Virus record (IMG/VR): IMGVR_UViG_3300021426_000066
Reading direction: 5' to 3' (one strand)
DNA length: 64,000 nt
From: a virus
Lineage: Duplodnaviria; Caudoviricetes
Below, piece after piece: positions 1-11,840 of this stretch (positions are counted from its first letter, which is position 1; every line of letters begins with the position of its first letter). The notes beneath the pieces are model-generated. The model was not told where the DNA came from. It searched no databases and was given only the letters and a program-made list of their open reading frames with translations. Made by a program: the position numbers and the translations under genes.

Positions 1-462
1 AACATTAGCTAATTCTGTCTCAGCTTGTGTAGGATCACGGTATAAACGTGTTACGTTATTCTCATCCCATTCTTCATCATAAATCATTTCATCATCTGAA
101 TTAATTTCGTAAGTATATATTTTAGTATGAGACAGTTCAGACTCACATCTGGAAGTAGCAGTAATAGTTTTATATACACCTTCGTTATCTTCATTTAAAG
201 TTACTTCTATTTCAAAATAACCATCCTTGCCTAATTGTGGCACATAGAGGTCATTATAATCATTTAATCGATCCCAGTATTTGTTGTAACCAGAATCTAA
301 ATCTTTATATACTTTGAGGGATAGTTCATCAGGGCCATTAAAATTACGTTTGTAATCAACGTTCCTCCCTTGAATTGCACCTATTTTATAATTATCCTTA
401 CGGACTAAAACAAATGTAAAATCATCAATTCTGTTATCTTTATTAAAGGATAAACTAGCCAC
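1..462 (-). CDS. Tail/baseplate protein, N-terminal part (runs off the window)
   Basis: Not in ORF track. RBS AAGGAGG then GTG at 462, open to position 1 (MASLSFNKDNRIDDFTFVLVRKD...ELSLKVYK...GYFEIEV); directly downstream of tape measure gene. Confidence 0.65.
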   Translation of the reverse strand, partial: MASLSFNKDNRIDDFTFVLVRKDNYKIGAIQGRNVDYKRNFNGPDELSLKVYKDLDSGYNKYWDRLNDYNDLYVPQLGKDGYFEIEVTLNEDNEGVYKTITATSRCESELSHTKIYTYEINSDDEMIYDEEWDENNVTRLYRDPTQAETELANV

Positions 463-500
463 TTCTCTTTATCCCTCCTTTCGTTTCTAAAATAATGTAT

Positions 501-537
501 AAAAACAGAACCAGAGATTTGCACTCTGGTCCTGTTA
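501..537 (-). terminator. Hairpin with U-tract after tape measure gene
   Basis: AACAG-ACCAGAG / CTCTGGT-CTGTT inverted repeat with T-run on minus strand. Confidence 0.5.
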
Positions 538-550
538 CTAAATAATACAA

Positions 551-3500
551 TTAATTGTATTTAAACTTACTCAACGAATTTCTACCCATAGCTGCTCCAA
601 GAGTCATTTCCTGTAATGCATTCTGGAACTGGGTATCTGCAACAAGCTGAGATTTGAATTTATCATAATTCTCAACACCATACAGATTGATAACAAACTG
701 AACATCACCCATAGACTGGTTGACATTCTGGTTCATATTCTGAACAATAGGTTGAGACATAGCGCTATTGATCATATCAGGAATATTCATTTGAGCAAGT
801 TTCCAAAGATTTTCACTCATAGCATTAGTAAATACCTTGTCACCTTTACCAAGAGGAGTAAGCATAGCACCATCAGATTTGCGATAGATGACTTCTTGTC
901 CCTTGTCTTGAGTATAAGCAAGTTGATCCTTTTTAATGTAGGAAGAGCCAGAAGCATAAGTCTTCGCAGTTCCTTTTGCTGTCGAGGGGGCAAAAGCAGA
1001 GGCCAAAGGATTTAAAGCTTGATAAACCGTTGAATTCTTAGATGCTGTAGATGCTTTGGTCAATTTAGCCAATTCAGCAAATAATTTATTTAATTTAACT
1101 TGTAAATCGTTGTATTGTTTGTCAAGATCTGCTTTTTGTGATGCATTCTTTACCACGCGATATTTGTCTCTATTGACTCGCATTTGATTTCGGATATCCT
1201 CAATTTGATCCAATAACGCCCGCTCTTTAGCTTTGTCCACTTGTGTAGTATTTTTAGAGTTTGTGGATATAACTCCTTTATTTTGTTTTGTTATCGCTGC
1301 AAAAACAGCGTCTGCTTGTCGCTGAGTGTCTTCAGTCAACTCTGCTTTGTCTGCTTTCGGTCTAGCGGGACGATCAGCTCCATCCTTGGCTTTTCTTAAG
1401 TCGCTAACTTTTGTAACAACAGCATCAAAACTACCTTTAAGACTCTTATTAACAAAATCCTTTTGAACTTGTGTTAAACTATCATAATATTGTTTCAACT
1501 CATTAACGGAAGCTTCATCATCTAATGTAATTTGATTTTGATTCAGCTTATTAACTAAACCTTCAGCCCTTGTTTCAAACTTTGTAGCAGCTTCTCTATC
1601 AGGTTGTTGAGCAATATATGTTTGCAACTGTTTAAAGATATCGTTCAATAAAGAAGCAGTAGTTGTTTGATCACCATTAAGAGTTAACGCAGAAGTCAGC
1701 GCACTAGATAAGCTATCAACCTTTCCACCAAGTCCGCTCTCTAAGCTATTTAAAGTTTGTACGGTAGACTTAGCAAATTCAGTACTACCAAAGTTATTGA
1801 TATTACCTGCCAAAACTTGAGCCGCTTCTTTAATAACAGCATCACGATCCTTCATATGAGACTCAATCCATTCTTGGAAATTGTTAGATAAATCATCTAA
1901 CATCTTCTGTGAATCAGAAAGGTATTTATCATATTGCTGATCAGATTGATTCTGTCTAGCTTCTTTTAAATCAGCACGAAGTTTCTGGACTCTTGCAACA
2001 GCTTCTTCGGAAGTATTACCTTCAAAAGCGGCTAATTGCTTCTCAAGATTGGTAATATTTTTACTTGACTCAGAAATCTGTTTCTGATAGTCATAAGCAT
2101 CTTTTTCAGCATTCTTTAATTCTTTATACTTATCAATGGTCTTATTGAGATAGGAGAGTTGTGATTCATAAGCTTGTCTAACTAAGTCAATAATAGCCTG
2201 TTTCTCAGCTTCAGTAGCCTCAACGCTTTCCCAATATGCATCGGTCAGTTGTTCAAGTCTATCTCTTACATCTTTATCTGCAATATCATCTTGTTGAGAT
2301 TCGATTCGCTTTTGTAATGCACCAATTTCTTCCGCATACTTTTGCGTTTCCGCAATGAGAGAAGAGTAATTGGCAGTATGCAGGTCTAATGATGCAAGTC
2401 CATATTCAGTAATTTGACCTCTATTATCATCATCAAATAATGTTTGATTTGCAAGGATATTCTGATAATGTTGAATTTCTGCATTAAATCTCTTTACAGC
2501 AGCCATGCCATCATCAAATTCAGTCCATTTTAATTGACGTTTCGCCTTGGATAATTCAATAATGGATTCTGTCAGAGACTCAATATCATTGGTGAAGCCA
2601 TTAATTTCTGCTAATGAAGATGCATAGTCTGGAGTACCAGGTACTAAATCACCACTCTCAACTCGTGCATTGAATTTATCAATAGCTTTTGCACGATTGC
2701 TAAGCAATAACTCCATATTACGATTAGACATTTGAAGTTGCTCATCATAATCAGACTCTTGTGCATAATAACCTTGAGTTCCTGCTAAACTGATATGATT
2801 CTTAGCACGAGTAATACGTTGCTCATTACTATCTGTTGTATTATATGCAAAACGATTTTTATCTGTTTGATGTAAAGAGTAGGTACTTGCACCATTGCCT
2901 AATCTGGATTGTGCATTATAATCAGCTTCATCACGGAAGTTCTTTACTTCTTCGTATGCTCTGGCAGAATTTTCTTTCTTCTGCGCTTCCATAGCCATAT
3001 CATAAGCATATTGAGCGGATTTTTCAGCTTCGAGCCATTCGTTATATCTAATGCATTGTTCCATAAAATTATCAGAAATCTTGCCTTTAGAATAGAGATC
3101 TGCAAGTTTATCCATATTAGGAATGGCTTGTCCATCATGTGCTGCCTGAAGTGCCTTGTTAACTTCGGTTTCGTCTTTTCCAGACAGGCCCATACTCTTA
3201 AGATTAGTTATACTGATTGTATTCCCAAGATCCTTGCGTTGGTTCATCCAGTATGTAAGCCGCTTTTGAGCATTAGCCGTAATATTCCTTTGAATACCAA
3301 TTTCTTGATCCAATAAGGTATTCTTTTCCACAGCAGTGGTACGATTTTCCTTCTGAGACTCTTTTAAAGAAATATCATTGTTGTACGCTTGTTCAATATT
3401 CTCATAAAGAGAATTAGTGTTATTCGTTCTGCTTGCCGCATTTTCAGCATAAGCTGCAACTTCCTCTAAACGGGCAGCTTGCAAATTTGCAACTGTCTGA

Positions 3501-6500
3501 TTATAGGCGATTAATCTAGCAGCTGCCTCTGGAGAAGTCTTTTGGATTTTAGAAATAGTATCCTCAGGAATCAACTGACCTTTATCAACATATTTCTTGA
3601 TATCTTTTAAATACGTCTTAGAAAGTTTATCAACAGCCTTTTTCAGATTCTTTTTATTCTTACCCTTAGCAGTTTTGTTGATATAAGACTTGGCATCTTT
3701 AAAAGCTCTCTTAGCCTGTTTACCATATTTGTCTCTCTGACTGACAAGCATTTTAGTTTCATTACCATATGCTTTATCAGCAATATCTAGATCTGCATTA
3801 GAGGCATTGACTAACATATTGCTATAAGAAGCGTCTGTATCATTAGTCGCTTGGAATCCACCAGTCTTAATTTGGGTAAGAGTCTTAGATCTTTCAATAC
3901 GAGCATCACGTTCTGCGTCACGAACTTCTTTAAGAGACTTGACCTGTTCACGAAGCTGTTCGTTAAGTTCTTCCATAGCTTTTTCAGCTTCATGACCCTT
4001 TTCGTACCATTCTTTGTAAAGGTTAATGGCTTCGGATAAACGTGCTACACCTTTTTCTGATAATTTGTGACCGCTTAAGTCCTTCTTGTTTTTAATTAAT
4101 TGGTCGATATCTTTCTGACTTTTGATTTCACCATTTTGAACAAGAGCTTTGTATTTCTTTTCTTCGCCTTTGGTAATCAGTCCTTTAGACCTTGCAGTTT
4201 TCATTGCTTTATTAGCAAAACTATAATAATACTGACTACCACGGTCTTCGTTACCAATCTGTTTATAAATCTCAGAAATAGCATTGTGATAATTAGCGGC
4301 TGCTATGTCGTAAAGATCTTTTGTCTTCTTTGCGGTATCCTCATAAAAATTCAAAATACCAGTACTCGCAGCATCAGCGGCTTTGTCAAGGGCTGCTTCA
4401 GCTTTGGAAGAGTAGGATTCAATCTTATCTGTAGTGCGAGAAATTTTTACTTCAATCCAATCAAAGATATTTTCAAATAGCTTTTTGAATTTCTCAAGTT
4501 TTTTGTCGGTGTCGTCTTTTTTGTTGTTCTTCTTACTATCACCCTTTTTGCCAGGAGTGGTTTTCTTTGATGTCGAAGAATCATCATCTGTAGAACCAGT
4601 TTTTACTCTCTTTTTTCGTTTAACTGGGCCGTCAGCAAAGGCCGTACCACCTGTTCCACCAGCAAAGGCCATTTGTCCACGAGAATTAATATGACCATTT
4701 TTAAGAAGTTCCTCTGTTTGTTTATGGTTAAAAATTATATCGCCTTTACGAACTTCATTAAATTCTGCTCCATCCTGTCCTAATAATTCCCAACGAGAAC
4801 CACGAACACGCAATTCGGGACCAAGCTCACCAGTAAGAGCCGGTTCAGTTTTCTTCGCCCCAATATCACCACGAGCATCAGCACGACCAAATATTGAAAA
4901 CTTAGCAGTACCTTGTGAAAAATGAGCCGTTCCTTGGTACTTCGGACCTGTTCCGCCACTATTGTTAAGATTGGGAACATTACCCTCTTGTGTAATTTTG
5001 ATTTTTACTTCTTTATCTTCAAGTAAATTAATTTTATCTTTTAAAGAATCAACATGCGTGGACGCTGTTGAAATATACCCACTTAAAGCTATAAATCCCA
5101 AACTGCCGACAGAGGGGGTAGAAGAGATCTGGCTACCTAAATTGCTGGCTTTCCCGGTTACAGTATCAATATTACCACCTAAAGCTTCATAAGCTTGCTG
5201 AACCGGGCCAAGCACTGCATCATCGACCTTTAATGCTTGGTTTAATGAATCTCCACTCTGTGCTATAGCTGTATTAAATGCTTCCATCGATCCTTCTTCA
5301 AGGCCCAAAGAAACTTTTATTTCAGGATGTTGATTTTGGTAATCTAAAACCGCTTGAGCAGCTTGATCAGCAGATGATTGGGCTTCTTCAACTTCTTGAT
5401 GACTTCCAGTACCATTATTGGATCTATGTTTGGCTATTTTATATGCATCAGATGCTTGTTGAGCAAGTTGTATTAATTGAACATATTCTGCTGTAGTATC
5501 ATCCAACTGAGAAGTATCTACTTTCATAATAGCGGGCTGTTCAAGTTCGACCTTTTTAGCATAAATAAAATCTATTTCAGCCAATACTGCTTTATATGCT
5601 TCGGGGTCAATTTCAACACCCATTTCAATCATTTCAGATTTTTGCTGTTCTAATTGACCTAAGGTTTGATCAGCTTGCCAAGCGGTAGCTATAGTATCTG
5701 GTATTTCTACTTGAGTTTGTGTACCAAAACTGTTCGCCTGTTCGTTTAGCTGAGCTAATTCTTCAGGAGTTTTAAAGTCTTTGGCGAGAATTTCTAATTG
5801 CGCAAGTTGTACTTTTGCATTTTTTATCAATTCTCCCCATGTTTTCCATTCTTCGCTACCTTTTGTTAATTTTTCTTGGTACTCTTCCATATAAGCGATA
5901 TTTTCTTTTAACGCTTGTGGGTCATTCGTATAAGTACCACCTTGTTCAGGATTACCCCAGCCTGCATCAGCCATGCTAGATAACATTTCTTGCACAAGGG
6001 CTGACCCCATTCCTTCATATCCATATTTGTTCTTGGTATATTCAGACATTATATGGGTAAACAATTCATCATTATATACTTCAAAACCACCATCACCGGT
6101 CAGCCAATCATTTAAACCATATTCTTTCAAAGCGTTCAAAGCGTCTGTAAAGAAATTATCTATGCCAACCGTATCTTCAGTTAGATACCTTTTTGCCATT
6201 TTTTGGACATTTTCATAAAAACTGTCTTCCATAATGGCATCAGAATTTTCAACACCAGTTAATAAAGTGGCATAAGATTGGTAATCATCTTTTCCAACCC
6301 AACCTTTTTTATGAAGATCTTCAAATCCGCTCCAACCACCAGTAATACTATTATAAACATCACTTGGATTAGCAGATTGAGAAGCTTCATTCCATGCGTT
6401 CAAAGCATTTACTGTTGATAATAATTCGTCACGATATCTCGCCCAAGATGAGATATTATCTTGAATTGCAGCTTGACTTTCAGATAAAGATACAATTTGA

Positions 6501-9208
6501 TTATTAATAGCTTGTGCTGCTTCATCTGTCGCATAATCTTGATCCCGTAAACGTTGATTGAGTCTTTCAATTTCGGCTTCATTATTAAGATACTGTTCAA
6601 ATAGTTCTTTTTGTTCATCAGTTAACTGCTTGGCAGCACTTATTTTTTCTTGTCTTTGTAATTCTTTAGCTTTATCTGTATTTAGTTGAATGCCAGTAGC
6701 CGTTTCAATTAAAGCATCTTTATAAGCTGAATTAGAAGCAATCAATGCATCAAGAGAATCTTTTGAGATATAACCTTGCTTCTCTTGTTCGGAGACCGCT
6801 GTATTAAAAGCAGACATGGATGTAGATATGTTAGATATCGATTTTTCTATAGCATTTTTAAATTCATTAAATCTTTCCTCTGCACCCTGAACAGAATCAT
6901 CAATTATTAAACCTAATTCACCAAACAAAGCTATGGCTTCTTCAATATTATCAACTAATCCCCAGTCTATAGCCATATTAGATAAACCACGAATAGCTTG
7001 TAACGCTGGATCAGTTACTGCCTCATTCCAATCGATATTCGTTAATTCACTAACGGTTTTATCTTTAATTCCAGATACAATATCACCAAATTGTTTTTCG
7101 ATATGCTCGGGAAACATTTGTTTCAAAAAATCGTTAATATCAAATTGAAGTATATCTGTAACGGAAGCATCCCTTAACCAAGATGTATAATCTATACCTA
7201 AACCACGTAATTGTTGTCCGTAATTTTGTGTAATATTATGAACAGATTGTTTAATTAATTCACCATTAGCAGTAATATCTAATGATTCTCTTAATAAATC
7301 AATTGTATCTTGATCAAGATGAAATGTAGAAGCTAATTGTTGCAGATATTCATTCATAGTATCTGAATATTCTGTTTGCTTTATTTTTGTGTAATCAGGA
7401 GTTAGCAAATTTTGCATGATTTCACCAATATCATTATCTTTAGTAAAATCAGTGCGTCGCAATGTTGCAAACATAGATTCAAATTGTAAATCACTAATTC
7501 CAACATTAGAAGCTATCGTTTCCAAATTACCCAACGCAGCTACTAATTCTTCATTACCTTCATCGATTGAACCAACAAGGAGGCTATAATTATCTCTCAA
7601 CGAGGTTTGAGCTTTCCCAATTTGTTCGCCAACTTTTTCTAAATCAGCCAGTATTTGTTGAGCTTCAGAATCACTATCAAGAGAGTATTTATACATACCC
7701 AAATAGTTACCCATATCATCATACATAGGTGTTTCTTCACCTTTGGCTTCTTTAGCTTGAAGTTGTTTATATCTATCTTGTAATTCTTTACGCTTGTTAA
7801 CTAATTCTTTATAAGATTCTTGACCACCCGCTGTAAGTGTTTCACCAGTTTCTTTTTGAATATTTTCTCTAGCTTGGTCCCTTAACGCTTCTTGTTTAGC
7901 AAGAGATAATTCTTTGTATTTATCAATTTGTGCTTGTATTTGATCATTCGTTGCTATAATAGCCTGACCCTCTGCATCATATCCCACAATCAATTCAGGA
8001 CTTTGATCAGCAATTTGTTGACGAATCTTAAAATACTCATCTGAACCGACTTCAGCTTCTTTATATTGATCTAAAAGAGATTGTAACGAAGAAGCATTAT
8101 CATCATAATCTGATTTCTCGTCTTTAATTGCTTGAACACGCTTGGCATCTTGCTCAATCATCCTCTCATTTCGCTTAATAATTGCATCGGTAGAAGTAGC
8201 TATTTCATCATAAATTTTTTTAACTGCATATATAGCCAACGCGGCAGCAGCAATGAGCGCAAAAGTTTTTACGAGTTGAAGATTCTGATTAACCACATTA
8301 CCAGCAGCTACTTCTAAACTGGTCATATCTTTTATAGCTTCATCGGCAAAACCCGCTTTAGGAAATAATTTCATCATTGCATCTTGAGTCGCCGCGAAAT
8401 TACCACCATTAAGCGCAGATATATTACTAAGCATTGAATATGCTTGCAATCCCCTTAAGCTAGGGATGCTTAACCCTCCCCCAGCTTTTAGCATTCCAAA
8501 CAGACCACCGCCAAGACCTTTAAGACCCATAACACCGAATGTTGTAGCTACTAATGCTTTTACAGGTCCAATATTATCTGCTAATTCGTTAAATGCTTCA
8601 GCTAAGTTTATTACAAAATCTAAAATACCTTTGGTCGCATCAGAATTATATAAATCGATCCAGAAAGAATCCATCTCAGTACGAATCTTTTGCGTTTTTC
8701 CAGCAATAGACTCTTCATATTTTTCCTGATTCTCTAAAGCACTTCCTTGGCTATTTGTAGCTTGTTCAGCTAATTGCATTGAATCAGTCCATGCCATAAG
8801 GATATTCTTAAACTTTGATGTCTGTCTTGTCGCCGCAATGTTAAATGCGATATTCGCCTGCTGTGCATCACTTAAACCATCCCATTTTTCACGAAGCTGA
8901 GTAAGGATGGTGATCATATCGTTCATTTCGCCACTTGGCTTATATACCTGTACACCCACAGCAGCTAACGATTCAGACGCTTTAGAAACTGTAGAGCTAT
9001 CAATTTCTTCGGCATATTGAGGCATTTTATTAACCTTAGAGATACGAGTAATGATAGTTTTCATTGCATTACCAATTGAACTACCATCTTCACGAGTTCT
9101 CTCTGCAACCTTAGCCGAAATAGCAGCTAATTGCTCAAATGACATGCCAGCATCATGAGCAACCTGACCTGTAGCTGTAACTGCTTGTGTAATAACACCG
9201 ATACCTTT
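551..9208 (-). CDS. Tape measure protein, exon 2 (spliced product ~3638 aa)
   Basis: Very long helical protein with TMP core (SFEQLAAISAKVAERTREDGSSIGNAMKTI). Frame stays open 21 codons above Met 9145 (KGIGVITQAVTATGQVAHDAG) up to the intron 3' end. Confidence 0.9.
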   Translation of the reverse strand, partial: KGIGVITQAVTATGQVAHDAGMSFEQLAAISAKVAERTREDGSSIGNAMKTIITRISKVNKMPQYAEEIDSSTVSKASESLAAVGVQVYKPSGEMNDMITILTQLREKWDGLSDAQQANIAFNIAATRQTSKFKNILMAWTDSMQLAEQATNSQGSALENQEKYEESIAGKTQKIRTEMDSFWIDLYNSDATKGILDFVINLAEAFNELADNIGPVKALVATTFGVMGLKGLGGGLFGMLKAGGGLSIPSLRGLQAYSMLSNISALNGGNFAATQDAMMKLFPKAGFADEAIKDMTSLEVAAGNVVNQNLQLVKTFALIAAAALAIYAVKKIYDEIATSTDAIIKRNERMIEQDAKRVQAIKDEKSDYDDNASSLQSLLDQYKEAEVGSDEYFKIRQQIADQSPELIVGYDAEGQAIIATNDQIQAQIDKYKELSLAKQEALRDQARENIQKETGETLTAGGQESYKELVNKRKELQDRYKQLQAKEAKGEETPMYDDMGNYLGMYKYSLDSDSEAQQILADLEKVGEQIGKAQTSLRDNYSLLVGSIDEGNEELVAALGNLETIASNVGISDLQFESMFATLRRTDFTKDNDIGEIMQNLLTPDYTKIKQTEYSDTMNEYLQQLASTFHLDQDTIDLLRESLDITANGELIKQSVHNITQNYGQQLRGLGIDYTSWLRDASVTDILQFDINDFLKQMFPEHIEKQFGDIVSGIKDKTVSELTNIDWNEAVTDPALQAIRGLSNMAIDWGLVDNIEEAIALFGELGLIIDDSVQGAEERFNEFKNAIEKSISNISTSMSAFNTAVSEQEKQGYISKDSLDALIASNSAYKDALIETATGIQLNTDKAKELQRQEKISAAKQLTDEQKELFEQYLNNEAEIERLNQRLRDQDYATDEAAQAINNQIVSLSESQAAIQDNISSWARYRDELLSTVNALNAWNEASQSANPSDVYNSITGGWSGFEDLHKKGWVGKDDYQSYATLLTGVENSDAIMEDSFYENVQKMAKRYLTEDTVGIDNFFTDALNALKEYGLNDWLTGDGGFEVYNDELFTHIMSEYTKNKYGYEGMGSALVQEMLSSMADAGWGNPEQGGTYTNDPQALKENIAYMEEYQEKLTKGSEEWKTWGELIKNAKVQLAQLEILAKDFKTPEELAQLNEQANSFGTQTQVEIPDTIATAWQADQTLGQLEQQKSEMIEMGVEIDPEAYKAVLAEIDFIYAKKVELEQPAIMKVDTSQLDDTTAEYVQLIQLAQQASDAYKIAKHRSNNGTGSHQEVEEAQSSADQAAQAVLDYQNQHPEIKVSLGLEEGSMEAFNTAIAQSGDSLNQALKVDDAVLGPVQQAYEALGGNIDTVTGKASNLGSQISSTPSVGSLGFIALSGYISTASTHVDSLKDKINLLEDKEVKIKITQEGNVPNLNNSGGTGPKYQGTAHFSQGTAKFSIFGRADARGDIGAKKTEPALTGELGPELRVRGSRWELLGQDGAEFNEVRKGDIIFNHKQTEELLKNGHINSRGQMAFAGGTGGTAFADGPVKRKKRVKTGSTDDDSSTSKKTTPGKKGDSKKNNKKDDTDKKLEKFKKLFENIFDWIEVKISRTTDKIESYSSKAEAALDKAADAASTGILNFYEDTAKKTKDLYDIAAANYHNAISEIYKQIGNEDRGSQYYYSFANKAMKTARSKGLITKGEEKKYKALVQNGEIKSQKDIDQLIKNKKDLSGHKLSEKGVARLSEAINLYKEWYEKGHEAEKAMEELNEQLREQVKSLKEVRDAERDARIERSKTLTQIKTGGFQATNDTDASYSNMLVNASNADLDIADKAYGNETKMLVSQRDKYGKQAKRAFKDAKSYINKTAKGKNKKNLKKAVDKLSKTYLKDIKKYVDKGQLIPEDTISKIQKTSPEAAARLIAYNQTVANLQAARLEEVAAYAENAASRTNNTNSLYENIEQAYNNDISLKESQKENRTTAVEKNTLLDQEIGIQRNITANAQKRLTYWMNQRKDLGNTISITNLKSMGLSGKDETEVNKALQAAHDGQAIPNMDKLADLYSKGKISDNFMEQCIRYNEWLEAEKSAQYAYDMAMEAQKKENSARAYEEVKNFRDEADYNAQSRLGNGASTYSLHQTDKNRFAYNTTDSNEQRITRAKNHISLAGTQGYYAQESDYDEQLQMSNRNMELLLSNRAKAIDKFNARVESGDLVPGTPDYASSLAEINGFTNDIESLTESIIELSKAKRQLKWTEFDDGMAAVKRFNAEIQHYQNILANQTLFDDDNRGQITEYGLASLDLHTANYSSLIAETQKYAEEIGALQKRIESQQDDIADKDVRDRLEQLTDAYWESVEATEAEKQAIIDLVRQAYESQLSYLNKTIDKYKELKNAEKDAYDYQKQISESSKNITNLEKQLAAFEGNTSEEAVARVQKLRADLKEARQNQSDQQYDKYLSDSQKMLDDLSNNFQEWIESHMKDRDAVIKEAAQVLAGNINNFGSTEFAKSTVQTLNSLESGLGGKVDSLSSALTSALTLNGDQTTTASLLNDIFKQLQTYIAQQPDREAATKFETRAEGLVNKLNQNQITLDDEASVNELKQYYDSLTQVQKDFVNKSLKGSFDAVVTKVSDLRKAKDGADRPARPKADKAELTEDTQRQADAVFAAITKQNKGVISTNSKNTTQVDKAKERALLDQIEDIRNQMRVNRDKYRVVKNASQKADLDKQYNDLQVKLNKLFAELAKLTKASTASKNSTVYQALNPLASAFAPSTAKGTAKTYASGSSYIKKDQLAYTQDKGQEVIYRKSDGAMLTPLGKGDKVFTNAMSENLWKLAQMNIPDMINSAMSQPIVQNMNQNVNQSMGDVQFVINLYGVENYDKFKSQLVADTQFQNALQEMTLGAAMGRNSLSKFKYN

Positions 9209-9581
9209 CGATATGTTAACTTATAGGCTTTTTATCCTATAATTCTGGAAGTTTCCTTCATACTACTATCGGCTAAATAATAGATACGTCTGTCAATTCA
9301 GACCAGTCCAGCATATATTATCACCCTCGTTTAACGTTAGGACAATAGGAGACTAACCCTATTGTAAGTATTCTATAAACACTTGTGCAAACCACTCTTG
9401 CGGACATTTTATTCTGTTTATTAAAAACAGGTTCAATCCGTATGCGTTACGGTGCTATAAGTTTTTTAATCCTCATAGTTACCTCGGTGTTAACTTGTTA
9501 ATTTATTCATAAATTAATTTAGTCTTCACCGATTTTGGTTTGTTTTCAATAAATCATTTCTGATTTATGCTCCTAATTAAA
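9209..9581 (-). ncRNA. Group I intron (373 nt, no ORF) in tape measure gene
   Basis: 5' exon ends CUCU pairing with GGAG (U.G at splice site); terminal G at 9209; P3 AAACCA/UGGUUU, P4 UCGGU/ACCGA, P7 GCAUA/UAUGC; removal joins MDYS to KGIG in frame. Confidence 0.88.
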
Positions 9582-11840
9582 AGAGTAGTCCATAGCGACA
9601 TTCGCAGAAATATCATTTAATACGTCAACAACATGCATTGATACATCAGCAGCATCTGCTTCAGAATCTTTGAGCATATCAAACTGTTGAATAATACCCT
9701 GAACTTCATCAGCAGCAGTAGAAGCATCAACACCAGACAGGTTACTCAGAATAACTGTAGGTTTTGCTAATTGTTGAATCTCTTCAGCGGAAGTGTTCAT
9801 ATTAGCGTAAATCTTATAGACATCTTCAGCATTGGCTACCGACATCGAAAGATCTTTAGCCATATCAATGGCAGATTTTCCAAGTGCATCCAATTCTTTT
9901 GAAGTCATATTCATTGTATAACTAATATTAGTTAACGTTGAATCATACTCCTTAAACGTAGACATACCCGCTGTTAATTCGGAACGAAGTTTCATAACAG
10001 CAGAGTAGCCCATTATTAGTTGAGGTAATTGATGAATCATGCCACCAATGCTCTTAGAAAATCCAGTTAAAAAAGCATTCTGCCCTTGACTTACAGTAGA
10101 AGACATTCTCCATGCATTGGATAATTTCTCTACTTGACCTGTAAGTTGAGTGATCTGTCCAGATGTAGTTTTATAAGTACGAGTCACTTTAGTCTGATCT
10201 GCATTCCATTTTTCTGTTACTAAAGCTCCAAGTTGAGCAGCTTTAGCGTACTTATCCATTTGAGCAGTCATGTCAGCCGCATTTTTAATCTGTCCTTGGT
10301 CTAATAGATAGCCTTTGTTGTTTTGAATTTTTGTTTCATCTTGAATCTGTCCAAGTATCTTTAATTGATTTTGTAACTTAGAATTATATTCCTCTACCTT
10401 GTCTGGATTATGCATATTTTGCTCAAGCAATTGCATAGTTCTGACAGTATCCGTTAATTGTTGTGTCCATGCCCCAGAACGTTGTTCGTCTCCGAAAGAT
10501 TGAAGTTTGGTCCTCGCTTTATCAATGATAGAAGAGACTTTTTCAAAATCAACAATAGCTTGTTTAGCTTTAAGTTCTGCTTCAACATTCGCATGATTAT
10601 CTTTAACCTGCTTTTGAACAATGGCTGCATCAGCAGCATATTCAGGTGAGCCAGAATAAAATTTTAATTCTTCTTCCAACTCTGCTTTTCTTTGTTCCAA
10701 AGCTTGAAGAATAGGTGCTTTTGCTTTTTCTGCTGCTTGCCTTTCAGAAGCAGTCATGCTTTCGAAATCAGCTTTAATTTTAAGAATTTGAACATCTACT
10801 TTTTGAAGATCTTCAGATAAACCTTTAAAATCTGTATTATAAGAAACTGTTGATGGAGTTGCTTTTCCGTCTTCCCCTAACTTATATCCAACTCTCATTG
10901 TTTGATGAGGTTTGGTTTTATATGTTACAGATGATCGCTTATCAGATAAACGTTCTGTTTGATATATCGGAAGACCCTGATTGACCAAATCATTGACATA
11001 TTGCGCTTCTTCGTCTGACAACCTTTTTGTTTTTCCAGATGATTTTGTGCTATTCCTTTTCTTTAAATAATTCAAAGATAGATTTTTTTTTTCTAATTTT
11101 CCCCATAAACCATATTTAATATTATTTTGAATTACTTCGTCAGCAAACTTATCAAGTCCCCATTTCTCAACATCTCCACCAGTGTCGGTAATGTTTTTTA
11201 ATAAACTGTTTACATAAGTTTCTAATCCCTTCGGTCCCTCTGCTTTTAATATTGTATTCATAGCAGAATACAAATTATTAATTGAAACCACAGAACTTTG
11301 TACTTTTTGATGGACTTCATTAATAACTTTTTTTATACCCGGAATTTGTTTTTCTAAAGAGTCAAATGAAAAATCTTGCCCTTTCAAAATTCTATAAGAA
11401 TTAAAAGTTTCCATTATTTCAGAACGTAAAGCTGGATCTGCTTTTTTCCCCGTTCTAGCATTTGATAAATAATCAGAAACCTGTCCTTTTAAATCTTCAA
11501 ATAATGCATCTGTATCAGTAAAACGCCCCATTCTTTCAATAGTTAGCCTTGATGGGGTTCCGTTTGGTAAAGCTTTCTTCTTAATATAATCCTTAGCCTG
11601 ATCTACCGTTAAATCTTTTCCTGCTTTATACAGCTTTTGAACAGATTCATAAGTCTTTTCTATATCTTTTCTAGCTTTGTCGCCGCCTGAAGATTTAATG
11701 TTTACGTCAACCTCTGTGGTGACTTTTTTATTCTCTAGAAGATCTTTAACTATTCCATTCGCAGATTTGGAAGCACCTGAAACCAGATCGCCAATTTCTT
11801 TTTCTCCCATTAGTTTCCCGCCAGTAAATGTTTTCCCCAT
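9582..11840 (-). CDS. Tape measure protein, exon 1
   Basis: ORF 9573-11840 ends in the first half of the TMP core domain (YDSTLTNISYTMN...LSNLSGVD...DVLNDISANVAMDYS). Confidence 0.88.

Noticed and set aside
9146-9581. TMP as pseudogene or two separate genes
   Set aside because: Gap is explained by an intact group I intron with exact in-frame junctions.
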